A DNA stretch of 64,000 bases from NCBI GenBank assembly GCA_963708725.1, contig CAVPTL010000018.1:50075-114074 (forward strand), in the 5' to 3' direction. The stretch comes from an uncultured Actinomycetes bacterium (lineage in GTDB: Bacteria > Actinomycetota > Thermoleophilia > Gaiellales > JAICJC01). This document shows, piece by piece, positions 16,357-26,010 of the stretch. Both the position numbers and the translations under genes were made by a program. Below the pieces are notes generated by a model. The model searched no databases and was not told the DNA's origin. It saw nothing but the letters and a program-made list of their open reading frames with translations. Each line of letters starts with the position of its first letter. Within the stretch, counting starts at the first letter, position 1.

Positions 16357-17442
16357 TCACACGGTTGTGGTGACCCTCCGCACCGGCACGATCCGTCCGT
16401 GCCGGTCGCGTAACACCCAGCCATCGATCTCGAGTTGGGTAACCGCCGCCGCTGCGTCACCGGCCGACATCCGCAGCCGCTCGCACAGCGTGTCGAGATG
16501 AACCGATCCGCGCGCGACCTCGGCCATCACCGGTGCCAGTCGCTCAGGGAGCGCGACCGCGGCGACCCGATCGGGATCGATTCCGAGCCAGCCTGCGAGG
16601 TCCTCGGTGTTTTCGATCAACCCCGCGCCCGCCTTGATCAGACCGTTGGTCCCCGCCGCGCCGGCGACGGCCGGCGAACCGGGCACAGCGAGCACATCTC
16701 GCCCGAGATCAAGCGCCTGGTCGGCCGTGATCAGCGCGCCGCTTCGGCTGCGAGCCTCGACCACAAGCAACGTCTCGGAGAGCGCCGCGATGATCCGGTT
16801 TCGGGCCGGGAACCGCCACGGTGCCGGCGCCACCCCGGGAGGATATTCGGACATCACCAGGCCACACTCCAGCACCCGCTGGAACAGGCGTGCGTTCGTC
16901 CGAGGGTAGATCACGTCCACACCGCATCCGAGTACGGCATACGTCGGGCCACCCCCGGCCACCGCCCCCGCGTGTGCGGCGGCGTCGATCCCAAGCGCTA
17001 TCCCGCTGACCACCGCCACCCCGTTGACCGCCGCGAACTGCGCCAGCTCGCGGGTGAGCACGAGCCCGTGGTCGCTCGGGTGTCGGGAACCCACGATCGA
17101 GATCGCTGGTGTCTCGACCTCCAGCGGCGGGCCGGCTCCGCGGGTAAAAATCGCCACCGGCGGGTCGGCGAGCTGGGAGAGCGCTGCGGGATACCCCGGC
17201 TCTCCGAAGCCGTGACACGCGATCCCGCGAGTCGCGAGCTCCGCCCGGTAGCCCCCGACATCGAGTGTGCGGGCGATCCGCAGCTCAGCGACGAACTGCT
17301 CGGGAACGCCCATTCGGCGAAGGTACGCAGGCGATGCCGACATCAGCGCCGTGCATCCCCCCGCTCGGCGGGCGAGTCGTGAAGGCTCGACCGCAGCTGC
17401 AGCCGCAGCCACCGCGATCCGGACTCCCACGTCGCTGCTCAT
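16357..17442 (-). CDS. dprA: DNA-processing protein DprA (Smf)
   Basis: ATG 17442 in ATGA overlap with the comM stop. SGIALGIDAAAHAGAV, PPGVAPAPWRFPARNRIIAAL, and a C-terminal winged-helix-like tail. Confidence 0.9.
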   Translation of the reverse strand: MSSDVGVRIAVAAAAAAVEPSRLARRAGGCTALMSASPAYLRRMGVPEQFVAELRIARTLDVGGYRAELATRGIACHGFGEPGYPAALSQLADPPVAIFTRGAGPPLEVETPAISIVGSRHPSDHGLVLTRELAQFAAVNGVAVVSGIALGIDAAAHAGAVAGGGPTYAVLGCGVDVIYPRTNARLFQRVLECGLVMSEYPPGVAPAPWRFPARNRIIAALSETLLVVEARSRSGALITADQALDLGRDVLAVPGSPAVAGAAGTNGLIKAGAGLIENTEDLAGWLGIDPDRVAAVALPERLAPVMAEVARGSVHLDTLCERLRMSAGDAAAAVTQLEIDGWVLRDRHGRIVPVRRVTTTV

Positions 17443-18869
17443 GCCACCCCCCGGTACGACAGCGCCTCGGCCATGTGGTCGCCGGACACCCGCTCGCAGT
17501 CTGCGAGAGCGGCGATGGTACGGGCGACGGATGTCGCCCGATCCGACGCCCTCCCCGACAGCCGCCCGACTCGCACCGCGCGACCAAGCAGATCGACCGC
17601 CGGCTCGGAAAGCGATGGTGGGCACTCGGACAGGTGCACCCGAGCAGATGCGACCCTCGTCGCGACCACGTCAGAACCCTCACCGGGTGGACCGTGTGCG
17701 TCGATCCGCGGCGCCTCGACACGCAGGTCGAACCGGTCGAGCAGCGGCCCACTGAGCCGGGAGCGGTACGCCGTCAGCCGCTGCTGGGGGCAGGTGCACT
17801 CGCGCTCGGGATCGCCGAAATGGCCACACGGACACGGGTTCATCGCGCCCACGACGATGCTGCGTGACGGCATCACCGCCCTACCCCACGCGCGGGCGAT
17901 CTCGACCCGGCCCTCCTCCAGCGGCACCCGCAGCGCCTCGAGCGCCGGGCGCGAGAACTCGGGCAGCTCGTCGAGGAAGAGCACTCCCAGGTGGGCCAAC
18001 GTGACCTCACCGGGCCGCAGGCTCGCCCCGCCCACCAGCGCGGCCGACGATGCGCTGTGATGCGGAGCGCGAAACGGACGGCGATCGGCTCGATCCCCGG
18101 GAGTGAGCAGGCCGGCCGCTGAGTACACGCGGGAGATCTCGAGAGATTCCGCGGGCGTCGGCGGCGGCAGGATGCCACCGAGACGCCGGGCGAGCATCGT
18201 TTTGCCAGACCCTGGAGGACCCGACATGAGCAGATTATGCGAGCCGGCTGCGGACAGCTCGAGCGCCCTGCGGGCACGCGGTTGGCCGCGGACGTCCGAC
18301 AAATCGGGCCAAGCGGAGGACGCGGTGGTGCGTAACGGCGGGAGCTGGGCCGATTCGGACCGTCCGCAGAGAATGTCGACCGCCTCGTTGAGCGTCCGCG
18401 CGGCCAACACCGAGATACCCGGCACCTGTGCAGCCTCAGCGGCGTTTTGCGGCGCCATCAGCAGTTCTGAGACCCCTGCCCGGGCCGCGTCCTGCGCCAT
18501 CGCCAGGGCGCCTCTCACCGGGCGTAGCGCCCCGTCGAGTCCAAGCTCGGCCACCGCGGCCACCGCTTCGACTCGCTCGACCGGCGCCTGTTTGGACGCC
18601 GCGAGCACCGCGAGTGCAATCGCCAGATCGAGGCCGGTGCCCTCTTTCCGCTCCTGCGCGGGGGCGAGATTCACCACCAGCCGCGAGCCCGGGAACCGAA
18701 ACCGCGCCGACGTGAGCCCGCTGCGCACCCGCTCACGAGCCTCCTGCAACGCCCGATCGGCCAAGCCGACCAGGCGAAACGACGGTGCACCCCGGTAGGC
18801 GTGCGCCTCGACCTCGACGCGACGTGCGTCGAGGCCTGCCAACCAGAACGTGTGAGTGCGGGCAACCAT
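17439..18869 (-). CDS. comM: YifB/ComM-family Mg-chelatase-like AAA+ ATPase
   Basis: 476 aa. N-terminal Lon-protease-like domain (VGLADRALQEARERV), Walker A MSGPPGSGKTMLARRL, VLFLDELPEF, and a Cys cluster PCPCGHFGDPERECTC. Confidence 0.9.
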   Translation of the reverse strand: MVARTHTFWLAGLDARRVEVEAHAYRGAPSFRLVGLADRALQEARERVRSGLTSARFRFPGSRLVVNLAPAQERKEGTGLDLAIALAVLAASKQAPVERVEAVAAVAELGLDGALRPVRGALAMAQDAARAGVSELLMAPQNAAEAAQVPGISVLAARTLNEAVDILCGRSESAQLPPLRTTASSAWPDLSDVRGQPRARRALELSAAGSHNLLMSGPPGSGKTMLARRLGGILPPPTPAESLEISRVYSAAGLLTPGDRADRRPFRAPHHSASSAALVGGASLRPGEVTLAHLGVLFLDELPEFSRPALEALRVPLEEGRVEIARAWGRAVMPSRSIVVGAMNPCPCGHFGDPERECTCPQQRLTAYRSRLSGPLLDRFDLRVEAPRIDAHGPPGEGSDVVATRVASARVHLSECPPSLSEPAVDLLGRAVRVGRLSGRASDRATSVARTIAALADCERVSGDHMAEALSYRGVA

Positions 18870-18928
18870 CGGCGCAGAGTCTGTCGCCGTGCTCCCCTAC
18901 GTGTCAGTAACGAGCCGTGCCGAAACCG

Positions 18929-19285
18929 TCAGGAGAACGCGCCGGGCAGGTGCCTGATCCGCAGGCCGTCGACCGCGATCACATCGAAGCGGAGCTCGGT
19001 GGCTCGGGGATGGCGCTCGAGCAGCATCTCCCCCGCCTCGTACAGCCGGCGCTGCTTGAACCCATCAATCGCATCCAGCGCCGCGCCGCGTCCATCGTGG
19101 CGTCGCGCCTTGACCTCACACACCACCAGCACCCCACCACGGATCGCCACGATGTCGACCTCCCTCCCACCGACCTTGACGTTTCGGCCGAGCACGCGAT
19201 ACCCGCGGACGCGCAGCCACCAGGCCGCAACCACCTCGGCCCGGCGACCGAGATCAGCCGGCGATATCGAAACCCAGCTGCTCAT
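18929..19285 (-). CDS. yraN: YraN-family (UPF0102) endonuclease-like protein
   Basis: GRRAEVVAAWWLRVRGYRVLGRN...GREVDIVA...VVCEVKAR. Start ATG 19285 is tentative and overlaps the rnhB 3' end by 32 nt. The upstream part of the track ORF is out-of-frame rnhB. Confidence 0.8.
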   Translation of the reverse strand: MSSWVSISPADLGRRAEVVAAWWLRVRGYRVLGRNVKVGGREVDIVAIRGGVLVVCEVKARRHDGRGAALDAIDGFKQRRLYEAGEMLLERHPRATELRFDVIAVDGLRIRHLPGAFS

Positions 19286-19928
19286 ACGCCATCGCTGCGA
19301 AGGAGCGCCGGTGAAGCGGGGTGGTGCCGTGCGTACGCACCGCCAGGGTGTGCTCGGGGGTGATGTAGCCGACGTGGGACTCGAACCCATACTCGGGGAA
19401 ACTCCTGGCCATCTTCTGCATGAACGAATCGCGCGTGACCTTGGCGATGATCGACGCCGCGGCGATCGCTGCGCTCGTACCGTCGCCACGCACCACGGCG
19501 GTGTGAGCAAAGTCGTCAACCGGCAGCCGAAACCCGTCGGTGAGACACACGTCCGGAACCGGGTCGAGGCCACGCAGCGCGCGTTCCAGCGCGTGGAGGT
19601 TGGAGCGATGCAGCCCCCGCCGGTCGATCTCGCTCGCCGGGACGACCACCACGCACACCTGGCGCGCGCACGAAAGCACCGCCTCGTACAGCCGCTCGCG
19701 CCGCTCGGCGGAGTGCTGCTTCGAATCGTTCAGCTCGGCCAGCGGGCGGGCTCGCGCCCCGGTCAGAAGGTGGGTGTCGAAGCACACCGCCGCAGCCACC
19801 AGCGGCCCCGCGAGACACCCGCGGCCGGCCTCATCGGCGCCGGCCACAAACCGCGCTCCCAGCGAGCGATCGTGCTTGAGCAGCCGCGCCCCAGGACGTT
19901 TTCGGCGGCGCGTGGCGGTTGCAGGCAT
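19254..19928 (-). CDS. rnhB: Ribonuclease HII
   Basis: ATG at 19928. GADEAGRGCLAGPLVAAAV, LNDSKQ, ASIIAKVTRD. Confidence 0.9.
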   Translation of the reverse strand: MPATATRRRKRPGARLLKHDRSLGARFVAGADEAGRGCLAGPLVAAAVCFDTHLLTGARARPLAELNDSKQHSAERRERLYEAVLSCARQVCVVVVPASEIDRRGLHRSNLHALERALRGLDPVPDVCLTDGFRLPVDDFAHTAVVRGDGTSAAIAAASIIAKVTRDSFMQKMARSFPEYGFESHVGYITPEHTLAVRTHGTTPLHRRSFAAMAYEQLGFDIAG

Positions 19929-19977
19929 GCCCCCTACGGTACTCCGCTCAGCGGATGCTCGCAGCCTCGAAGTGTGT

Positions 19978-20643
19978 CTAGAGAAACCCGAAACGGTCAA
20001 GCGGCCAGTACACCACGAACGCCTTGCCGATGATGTTTCTGCGGGGGAGAAAACCCCACACGCGGCTGTCCTCGGAGTCTCCACGGTTGTCGCCCATCAC
20101 GAAGTACTCGCCCTGCGGCACGTCGTAGTTGCCGGTGAACGACCGCTCGAGCGGATGCTGGTTCACGTAGGGCTCATTCAAGCGGTGGCAGTTGATGTTC
20201 GGGGCGGAGCAGATCGAGACGACACCCCGCCGGATCTGTACCCGCTCGCCCGGAAGACCAATGATCCGCTTGATGTAGTTGACGCTTGCCTCCTGCTTCG
20301 AGCCCTTCACCGGTACATCACCATGCCCCGGCGGGTGAAACACCACCACATCCCCCCGCCGAGGCGCGTGCAGGTGGTAGATGAAGCGGTTGGCGAGCAC
20401 CATGTCACCGACCTGGAGAGTCGGAACCATCGAGATCGTGGGGATCCGGTAGGGCTTGACCACCCACGCCTGGACGACATAGGCGAGGCCGAATGCCACG
20501 GCCAGGATCAGCACCAGCTCCAACACCGGATGCATACCGCGCTTGGGCGGCGCAGACGCGATCGCAGCGGGCATCTCGTCTGGAGCGCCCGGCTCGGCGG
20601 GAATCTCCGGATCTACAGGCGACCCCAGGTCGGGGCCGGCCAC
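19978..20643 (-). CDS. lepB: Signal peptidase I
   Basis: SMVPTLQVGDMVLANRF (catalytic Ser box), YIKRIIGLPGE (Lys box), GDNRGDSEDSR. The GTG start shares 1 nt with the rplS stop. Confidence 0.9.
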   Translation of the reverse strand: MAGPDLGSPVDPEIPAEPGAPDEMPAAIASAPPKRGMHPVLELVLILAVAFGLAYVVQAWVVKPYRIPTISMVPTLQVGDMVLANRFIYHLHAPRRGDVVVFHPPGHGDVPVKGSKQEASVNYIKRIIGLPGERVQIRRGVVSICSAPNINCHRLNEPYVNQHPLERSFTGNYDVPQGEYFVMGDNRGDSEDSRVWGFLPRRNIIGKAFVVYWPLDRFGFL

Positions 20644-20984
20644 TAGCGAGACTTCTCGCGAACCCGGGCTGCTTTGCCGACCTTGCCGCGCAGGTAATAC
20701 AGCTTGGCCCGGCTCACGTCGCCGATAGCGGCGACGTCGATCTTTGCGATCTTCGGCGAATGGAACGGGAACGTGCGCTCGACGCCCACGCCGAAGGACT
20801 GCTTGCGGACGGTGAACGTCTCACGTACCCCGGCTCCCTGCCGTGCGATGCATACACCCTCGAACACCTGGACGCGCTGTCGCTGGCCCTCAATCACCCG
20901 GAAGTGAACGCGGACAGTGTCGCCCGCTTTGAACTCGGGCAGCTCACGCAGCTGTCGGTCTTCGATATCTGAGATCACCGTCAT
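20643..20984 (-). CDS. rplS: 50S ribosomal protein L19
   Basis: 113 aa. [35 protein letters not shown]...[18 protein letters not shown]. Confidence 0.95.
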   Translation of the reverse strand: MTVISDIEDRQLRELPEFKAGDTVRVHFRVIEGQRQRVQVFEGVCIARQGAGVRETFTVRKQSFGVGVERTFPFHSPKIAKIDVAAIGDVSRAKLYYLRGKVGKAARVREKSR

Positions 20985-21016
20985 GACCGACGCATGCTAC
21001 CCGCTGCCCCGAACCC

Positions 21017-21706
21017 TCACAAATGGGAACCATCCCGGGCGCGGGACTCGGCCTCCCGCCACTCCGCCACGCGTGCATGGTCGCCCGAGAGCAGCACCTG
21101 CGGCACCCCCCAGCCGCGAAAGAGGTCGGGGCGTGTGTAGTGAGGATGCTCTGGTCGTCCGCCCATCGCTTCGGAGAACGAGTCGTTGCGGTGACTCTCC
21201 TCCTTGCCCAGCGCGCCGGGAAGCCGGCGTACGACCGCATCGATCACGACCATCGCGGCCAGCTCCCCTCCGGAGAGCACGTACGGTCCAAGCGAAAGCT
21301 CCTCGGTCGCGACATGGTCGTGGACACGCTGATCGAATCCCTCGTAACGTCCGCACAGAAGCGTGAGGTCGCCGCCCGCGGCGTAGTCGACCGCCACCTG
21401 CTCGGCGAACCGGCGCCCCACCGGCGTCAGAACGACGATCCGGCGCTGCTCGCGGATCCGGTCGATGGGAGCGTCGTAGGCAGCCTCGAGCGCGGCACAG
21501 ACGACGTCGACTCGGATCACCATCCCCGCGCCCCCACCATACGGTGCGTCATCCACCTGGCGATACTCGCCGCGGCCCGCATCACGGAAGTCGAATGTGC
21601 GCAGCTCGAGCTCGCCCGAGGCCAGCACGTTTCGTAGTGGTCGCGACTCGCGCAGCCAGTCGAACTGCTGCGGGAAGAGCGTGAACACGTCGATCCGAAG
21701 GCTCAC
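21017..21706 (-). CDS. trmD: tRNA (guanine37-N1)-methyltransferase
   Basis: IDVFTLFPQ..., DDAPYGGGAGMV, LLCGRYEGFDQRV, SLGPYVLSGGELAAMV. Confidence 0.95.
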   Translation of the reverse strand: MSLRIDVFTLFPQQFDWLRESRPLRNVLASGELELRTFDFRDAGRGEYRQVDDAPYGGGAGMVIRVDVVCAALEAAYDAPIDRIREQRRIVVLTPVGRRFAEQVAVDYAAGGDLTLLCGRYEGFDQRVHDHVATEELSLGPYVLSGGELAAMVVIDAVVRRLPGALGKEESHRNDSFSEAMGGRPEHPHYTRPDLFRGWGVPQVLLSGDHARVAEWREAESRARDGSHL

Positions 21707-22218
21707 AGGAAATCCTCGCGCACATCGATGCGACGCGCGGGCAGATCGACGCTGTGCACCACGTCGGCCGAGAATGGCACCAGCACGGCCCCATCGACTC
21801 CGGCCAGCTCGAGCACATCGTTGGCCGGATAGCTATGCACCGTCGTCACCTTGCCGATGGCGTGCGACCCCGCAAACACCTCGCAGCCGACCAGGTCGAT
21901 GTGGAAGAACTCGTCCTCGTCAGGCTCGGGCAGTGTCGAGGTCAGCACGGTCACGTCGGATCCGCGCAGTGCCTCAGCGGCCTCGCGGCTGGCGGCGATA
22001 TCCAGGCGAAGGATCGGCCGCTCGGCGGTACCTCGGCGCTCGGCAACCGTCGCAGGACGGCCGCCAACCGTGACCTTGGTGCCGGCCGCCAGGGGAATGG
22101 AGCCGCCGTGGCCCTCGAGCTTGAGCGCCCCATCCAGGCCATGCGGCCGGCCAACCCGGCCGACCACGATCTCCCGCGGACGCCAGGGGTAGGCGGCGTT
22201 ACTCGGCGATGTCGACAT
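21703..22218 (-). CDS. rimM: 16S rRNA processing protein RimM
   Basis: VGRVGRPHGLDGALKLE plus a PRC-barrel C-terminus. The stop overlaps the trmD start. The ATG at 22218 overlaps the KH gene by 20 nt. Confidence 0.9.
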   Translation of the reverse strand: MSTSPSNAAYPWRPREIVVGRVGRPHGLDGALKLEGHGGSIPLAAGTKVTVGGRPATVAERRGTAERPILRLDIAASREAAEALRGSDVTVLTSTLPEPDEDEFFHIDLVGCEVFAGSHAIGKVTTVHSYPANDVLELAGVDGAVLVPFSADVVHSVDLPARRIDVREDFL

Positions 22219-22432
22219 GCACGCGGCGGCCGGTGCGGACTGCCGCCGCTTTGACGATCGTGCGCAGTGCTCGCGCGATCCGCCCCTGCTTGCCGATCAC
22301 CTTGCCGAGGTCTTCCTGAGCCACGTGCAGCTCCAGCAGCAGGTCGCCAGAGTCAGATTCGCTCTGCTCGACGCGAACCTGATCTGGATGTGCGACCAGT
22401 TGCCGTGCCAGGTGCGCGAGCAGCTCGTCCAT
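22199..22432 (-). CDS. KH-domain RNA-binding protein (YlqC/UPF0109)
   Basis: 77 aa. VAQEDLGKVIGKQGRIARALRTIV (GxxG KH motif). Conserved position between rpsP and rimM. Confidence 0.85.
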   Translation of the reverse strand: MDELLAHLARQLVAHPDQVRVEQSESDSGDLLLELHVAQEDLGKVIGKQGRIARALRTIVKAAAVRTGRRVHVDIAE

Positions 22433-22440
22433 CGCAGGCG

Positions 22441-22680
22441 TTAGACGCCAGCGAGCTTGAGCAGCTTCGCCACCGTCGCGGTCGGCTGGGCTCCCTTGCT
22501 GAGCCAGTCACGAGCGCGTTCTGTATCGATGTCGATCAGCGACGGATTGGGCTGCGGGTTATACCGGCCAATCGTCTCGAGCGTGCGCCCGTCGCGAGGG
22601 TTTCGCGAATCCGCGACCACCACCCGGTAGACCGGATTCTTCTTATTACCGTGCCGCGCTAGGCGGATCTTGACAGCCAC
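22441..22680 (-). CDS. rpsP: 30S ribosomal protein S16
   Basis: [35 protein letters not shown] start preceded by GGAGGTAAT. Confidence 0.95.
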   Translation of the reverse strand: MAVKIRLARHGNKKNPVYRVVVADSRNPRDGRTLETIGRYNPQPNPSLIDIDTERARDWLSKGAQPTATVAKLLKLAGV

Positions 22681-22681
22681 A

Positions 22682-24013
22682 TTACCTCCGTTGCATTCCC
22701 GGAAACTGAGGCATCTTACCGCGGCCGACCTGTTTCATCATCCGTTGCACCTGTTTGAACTGTCCGAGCAGCTGATTGACTGACTGGACATTGGTGCCGC
22801 TGCCCGCGGCGATCCGCCGTCGGCGGGCACCGTCGATGATCCTGTGATTGCGCCGTTCGGCGGGTGTCATCGACAGGATGATGGCCTCGACTCGATCAAA
22901 CTGTCGCTCGTCGACCTTCATGTTCTTGATCTGTCGGCCAACGCCGGGAAGCATCCCCAGAAGGCTCGACATACCCTGCCCCGAGGACAGTTTCTTGACC
23001 TGGCGCAGCTGCTGGAGAAAATCCTCGAGCGTGAAGTCGGCCGACCGCAGCTTGGCCTCCATCTCGGCGGCTTCCTTCTCGTCGAACTGTTCCTGTGCGC
23101 GCTCGATCAGGCCCATCACGTCGCCCATGCCGAGGATCCGCGAAGCCATCCGATCAGGATGGAACGGCTCGAGCTGGTCGAGCTTCTCCCCCACTGACAC
23201 GAACTTGATCGGCTTACCCGTGACCGCCCGAACCGCCAGCGCGGCGCCACCGCGCGCGTCGCCGTCGAGCTTGGTCAAGATGACGCCGTCGTAGTCCACC
23301 GCCTGCCCGAACTGCTGGGCGACGTTGACCGCGTCCTGGCCGGTCATGGAGTCGAGCACGAGCAGCACGTTGTGCGGCTTGGTCGCGGCCTTGATCCGCA
23401 CGAGTTCGTCCATGAGGTTCTCGTCGATGTGCAGGCGCCCTGCGGTATCCACGATCACGACGTCACGTCCCTGGGCCTGCGCCTGCGCGATCCCCCACAC
23501 CGCCGTCTCGACCGGATCGGCCTCCGTGCCACGATCGAACACCGGCACCTGAAGCGACTTTCCCAGAGTCTGAAGCTGCTGGATCGCCGCAGGCCGGTAC
23601 ACGTCGCAGGCGACCATCGCCGGCTTCTTCTTCTGCTTGGCCAACAGGCGTGCGAGCTTGCCGCTGGCGGTGGTCTTGCCCGAACCCTGCAGGCCGGCCA
23701 TCAGGATCACCGTCGGCGGCCGGTTGGAGAACGACAGGCCACTGCCGGCGCTTCCCATCAGCTCCGTCAGCTGCTCATGCACGATCTTCACGACCTGCTG
23801 GCCGGGGGTGAGGCTGTCGAGCACCTCCGATCCCATCGCTCGTTCCTTGACCCCGGCGACGAAATCCTTGACGACGGTGAAGTTGACGTCGGCCTCGAGC
23901 AGGGCCAACCGGATCTCACGCATCGCCGCGTCGATGTCCTGCTCGCTCAGCCGTCCTTTGCCCTTGAGCCCGTCGAGCGTTGCGCCGAGCCGATCTGAAA
24001 GTGAATCAAACAT
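22682..24013 (-). CDS. ffh: Signal recognition particle protein Ffh
   Basis: 443 aa. NG domain ([25 protein letters not shown]) and a Met-rich M domain. Confidence 0.95.
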   Translation of the reverse strand: MFDSLSDRLGATLDGLKGKGRLSEQDIDAAMREIRLALLEADVNFTVVKDFVAGVKERAMGSEVLDSLTPGQQVVKIVHEQLTELMGSAGSGLSFSNRPPTVILMAGLQGSGKTTASGKLARLLAKQKKKPAMVACDVYRPAAIQQLQTLGKSLQVPVFDRGTEADPVETAVWGIAQAQAQGRDVVIVDTAGRLHIDENLMDELVRIKAATKPHNVLLVLDSMTGQDAVNVAQQFGQAVDYDGVILTKLDGDARGGAALAVRAVTGKPIKFVSVGEKLDQLEPFHPDRMASRILGMGDVMGLIERAQEQFDEKEAAEMEAKLRSADFTLEDFLQQLRQVKKLSSGQGMSSLLGMLPGVGRQIKNMKVDERQFDRVEAIILSMTPAERRNHRIIDGARRRRIAAGSGTNVQSVNQLLGQFKQVQRMMKQVGRGKMPQFPGMQRR

Positions 24014-24059
24014 GCCTAAAGCGTAGACCTTCGTGCCGAATCTGCACCGGTTCTCACAC

Positions 24060-24092
24060 GTGAATAAATGGTGCCTGGCACCATTTATTCAC
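24060..24092. repeat. Perfect palindrome, family copy 3 (16-bp arms, 1-nt centre)
   Basis: GTGAATAAATGGTGCC-T-GGCACCATTTATTCAC. On the minus strand the element provides the ftsY codons ..S-E-stop (AGT GAA TAA; stop at 24085-24087). Confidence 0.9.
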
Positions 24093-25047
24093 TGAAGAGG
24101 GCGCGGGCGAAGTCGGTTGGGTCGAACGGGCGGAGGTCTTCGACGCCCTCGCCGACGCCGATCAGTTTTACCGGCGTACCCAGCTCGTGGGCGATCGCAA
24201 GCGCGATCCCGCCCTTGGCGGTGCCGTCCAGCTTGGTCAGCACCAATCCCGTGACCGCCACCGCCTCGGTGAAGAGCCGCGCCTGCTGCAAGCCGTTTTG
24301 GCCGGTGGTCGCGTCGATGGTCAGAAGCACCTCGTGCGGGGCGTCCTCGATCCGGCGACCGATCACACGATGGATCTTGCCCAGTTCCTGCATCAGGTGG
24401 TCCTGCGTGTGCAGCCGACCCGCCGTGTCGATGATGACAACGTCGCGATCGCGGGCCTGCGCCGCCGCCACCGAGTCGAACGCCACCGCCGCCGGGTCGG
24501 CACCCGACTCGGAGGAGACAAAGTCGGCCCCGGCCCGCTCGGCCCAGGTCTCGAGCTGCTCGCCGGCTGCGGCCCGAAACGTGTCGCCGGCACCGATCAC
24601 GCACGTTTTCCCGGCCTCGCGCAGATGCCAGGCGATCTTTCCGATCGACGTGGTCTTGCCAGTACCGTTGACTCCGGTCATCAGGATCACCGCGGGCCTG
24701 TGGTTGACGTCGATGCGGGGGTCGCCTTCGGGCGTCATCAGCTCGGCCACGATCTCGGTCAGGCGCGTCGTGAGATCAGCCGGCGTCGTCAGTCGACCGG
24801 CGGCAGCCTCGGCCTCCAGCCGCTCGATCACGGTCACCGTCGCGGGCACGCCGCAATCGGCCGCGATCAACGCCAGCTCCAACTGCTCCCACACGTCGGG
24901 GTCGGCGGGGTTGAGCACGACACCGGCGAGCTGCTGGCTCATCGCCTTGCGGCTGCGGCTGATCGAGTCGCGCAGACGCGAAAACATTCCGCCGGAGGGC
25001 TGCTCGGCCTCGGGTTCGGGGGCAGACTCCTCCCCGGTGTTGAACAT
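24085..25047 (-). CDS. ftsY: Signal recognition particle receptor FtsY
   Basis: ATG at 25047 (MFNTGEESAPEPEAEQ..., acidic N-terminus). GVNGTGKTTS, DTAGRLH, TKLDGTAKGG. The track extension to 25521 is antisense to the Ldh_2 gene and is rejected. Confidence 0.9.
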   Translation of the reverse strand: MFNTGEESAPEPEAEQPSGGMFSRLRDSISRSRKAMSQQLAGVVLNPADPDVWEQLELALIAADCGVPATVTVIERLEAEAAAGRLTTPADLTTRLTEIVAELMTPEGDPRIDVNHRPAVILMTGVNGTGKTTSIGKIAWHLREAGKTCVIGAGDTFRAAAGEQLETWAERAGADFVSSESGADPAAVAFDSVAAAQARDRDVVIIDTAGRLHTQDHLMQELGKIHRVIGRRIEDAPHEVLLTIDATTGQNGLQQARLFTEAVAVTGLVLTKLDGTAKGGIALAIAHELGTPVKLIGVGEGVEDLRPFDPTDFARALFSE

Positions 25048-25092
25048 TGCTTGCCATGTGCGCGTCACCGCCGCAGATCGTAGTGTGTCGGC

Positions 25093-26010
25093 GTGACGAC
25101 GGTTTCGCTCCCCCACCTCCGTGAAGTGATGACAGCCCGTGCGCTCGGGCTCGGGTTCGATCACGCCGATGCGGATCTGCTCGTCGATCACTTCGTCGAT
25201 GCCGAGATGCGCGGCGCCGAGGGCCACGGCGTCGAGCGACTGCGGTGGCTGGCCGGGCGGCCCGCCCTCGAGCCCCGCACCCAGCTGAGCCTGCTCGCTC
25301 GTGAGGACGGGTTGGCGCGCTATGACGCACACGGCTCGCTCGGATACACCGCGCTGGCAGCCGCGATCGACGCCGAGCTGGCAAACCCCCCGACCGGTGC
25401 CCGCGTGGTCGTGGTGGGAGACTGCTTCCCCACCGGACGCCTCGGCTACTACGCCGAGCGCGCAGCGCGGCAGGGCCTCGTGTGCCTGCTGACCGCGACG
25501 TCCACGGCCCGTATCTCGCATCCCACCGGCGGCGGCCCGCTGCTCGGTACCAACCCGCTGTGCCTGGCCGTGCCCGGCGACCCTGAGCCCGACCTGATCG
25601 ACGTCTCGATGGGCCGGGTCACCTACGGAGCAGTGTTGAAGGCGATCGCCGCCGGTGAGACGCTCCCCGAAGGAGCGGCGGTCACCGTGGACGGCGATCC
25701 GACCACCGACCCCAAGGCGATCGAGACCGACACCGCGGGAGTCATGCCGTTCGGCGATGACCAGGCCTACAAGGGCTTCGCGCTGGCGTTGCTGGTGGAG
25801 GTGCTGTGCCAGTCACTCGCGGGAGCGCGAGGGCACGCCGCGGTGGCGCTCCTGGCGGCACCGGTGGCAGCACCGATGGACGGGATCGCCGCCGCTGCAG
25901 GAAATCGCAGAATGCCCGGAGAGCACTCGTCTCACCGCTACCAGGCCGCGCTCGCGCGCGGCACGCTCGAGCTACCCGACGATCTCTGGCGCTGGCTCGA
26001 GGCTGTCTGA
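25093..26010 (+). CDS. Ldh_2-family (malate/L-lactate/sulfolactate dehydrogenase-like) oxidoreductase
   Basis: 305 aa, GTG start. HFVDAEMRGAEGHGVERL..., GTNPLCLAVP, MPFGDDQAYKGFALALLVEVL match Ldh_2 (PF02615-type) motifs. The 3' end overlaps the convergent smc by 39 nt. Confidence 0.75.
   Translation: MTTVSLPHLREVMTARALGLGFDHADADLLVDHFVDAEMRGAEGHGVERLRWLAGRPALEPRTQLSLLAREDGLARYDAHGSLGYTALAAAIDAELANPPTGARVVVVGDCFPTGRLGYYAERAARQGLVCLLTATSTARISHPTGGGPLLGTNPLCLAVPGDPEPDLIDVSMGRVTYGAVLKAIAAGETLPEGAAVTVDGDPTTDPKAIETDTAGVMPFGDDQAYKGFALALLVEVLCQSLAGARGHAAVALLAAPVAAPMDGIAAAAGNRRMPGEHSSHRYQAALARGTLELPDDLWRWLEAV

Noticed and set aside
16435-17382. 315-aa plus-strand ORF antisense to dprA, and similar long shadow ORFs across smc (e.g. 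27022..28020, 28681..29898)
   Set aside because: These are shadow ORFs of GC-rich genes. The opposite-strand frames encode well-recognised DprA and SMC motifs.
25048-25521. N-terminal extensions in the ORF track (ftsY to 25521; likewise gpsA to 52493, rnhB to 20084, recG to 36072, dprA to 17625, ABC ATPase to 11990, rpmF ORF to 32052)
   Set aside because: The extensions are Arg-rich, overlap the upstream gene out of frame, and are not needed for the conserved domains. Internal starts give canonical N-termini, often with ATGA/GTGA coupling.
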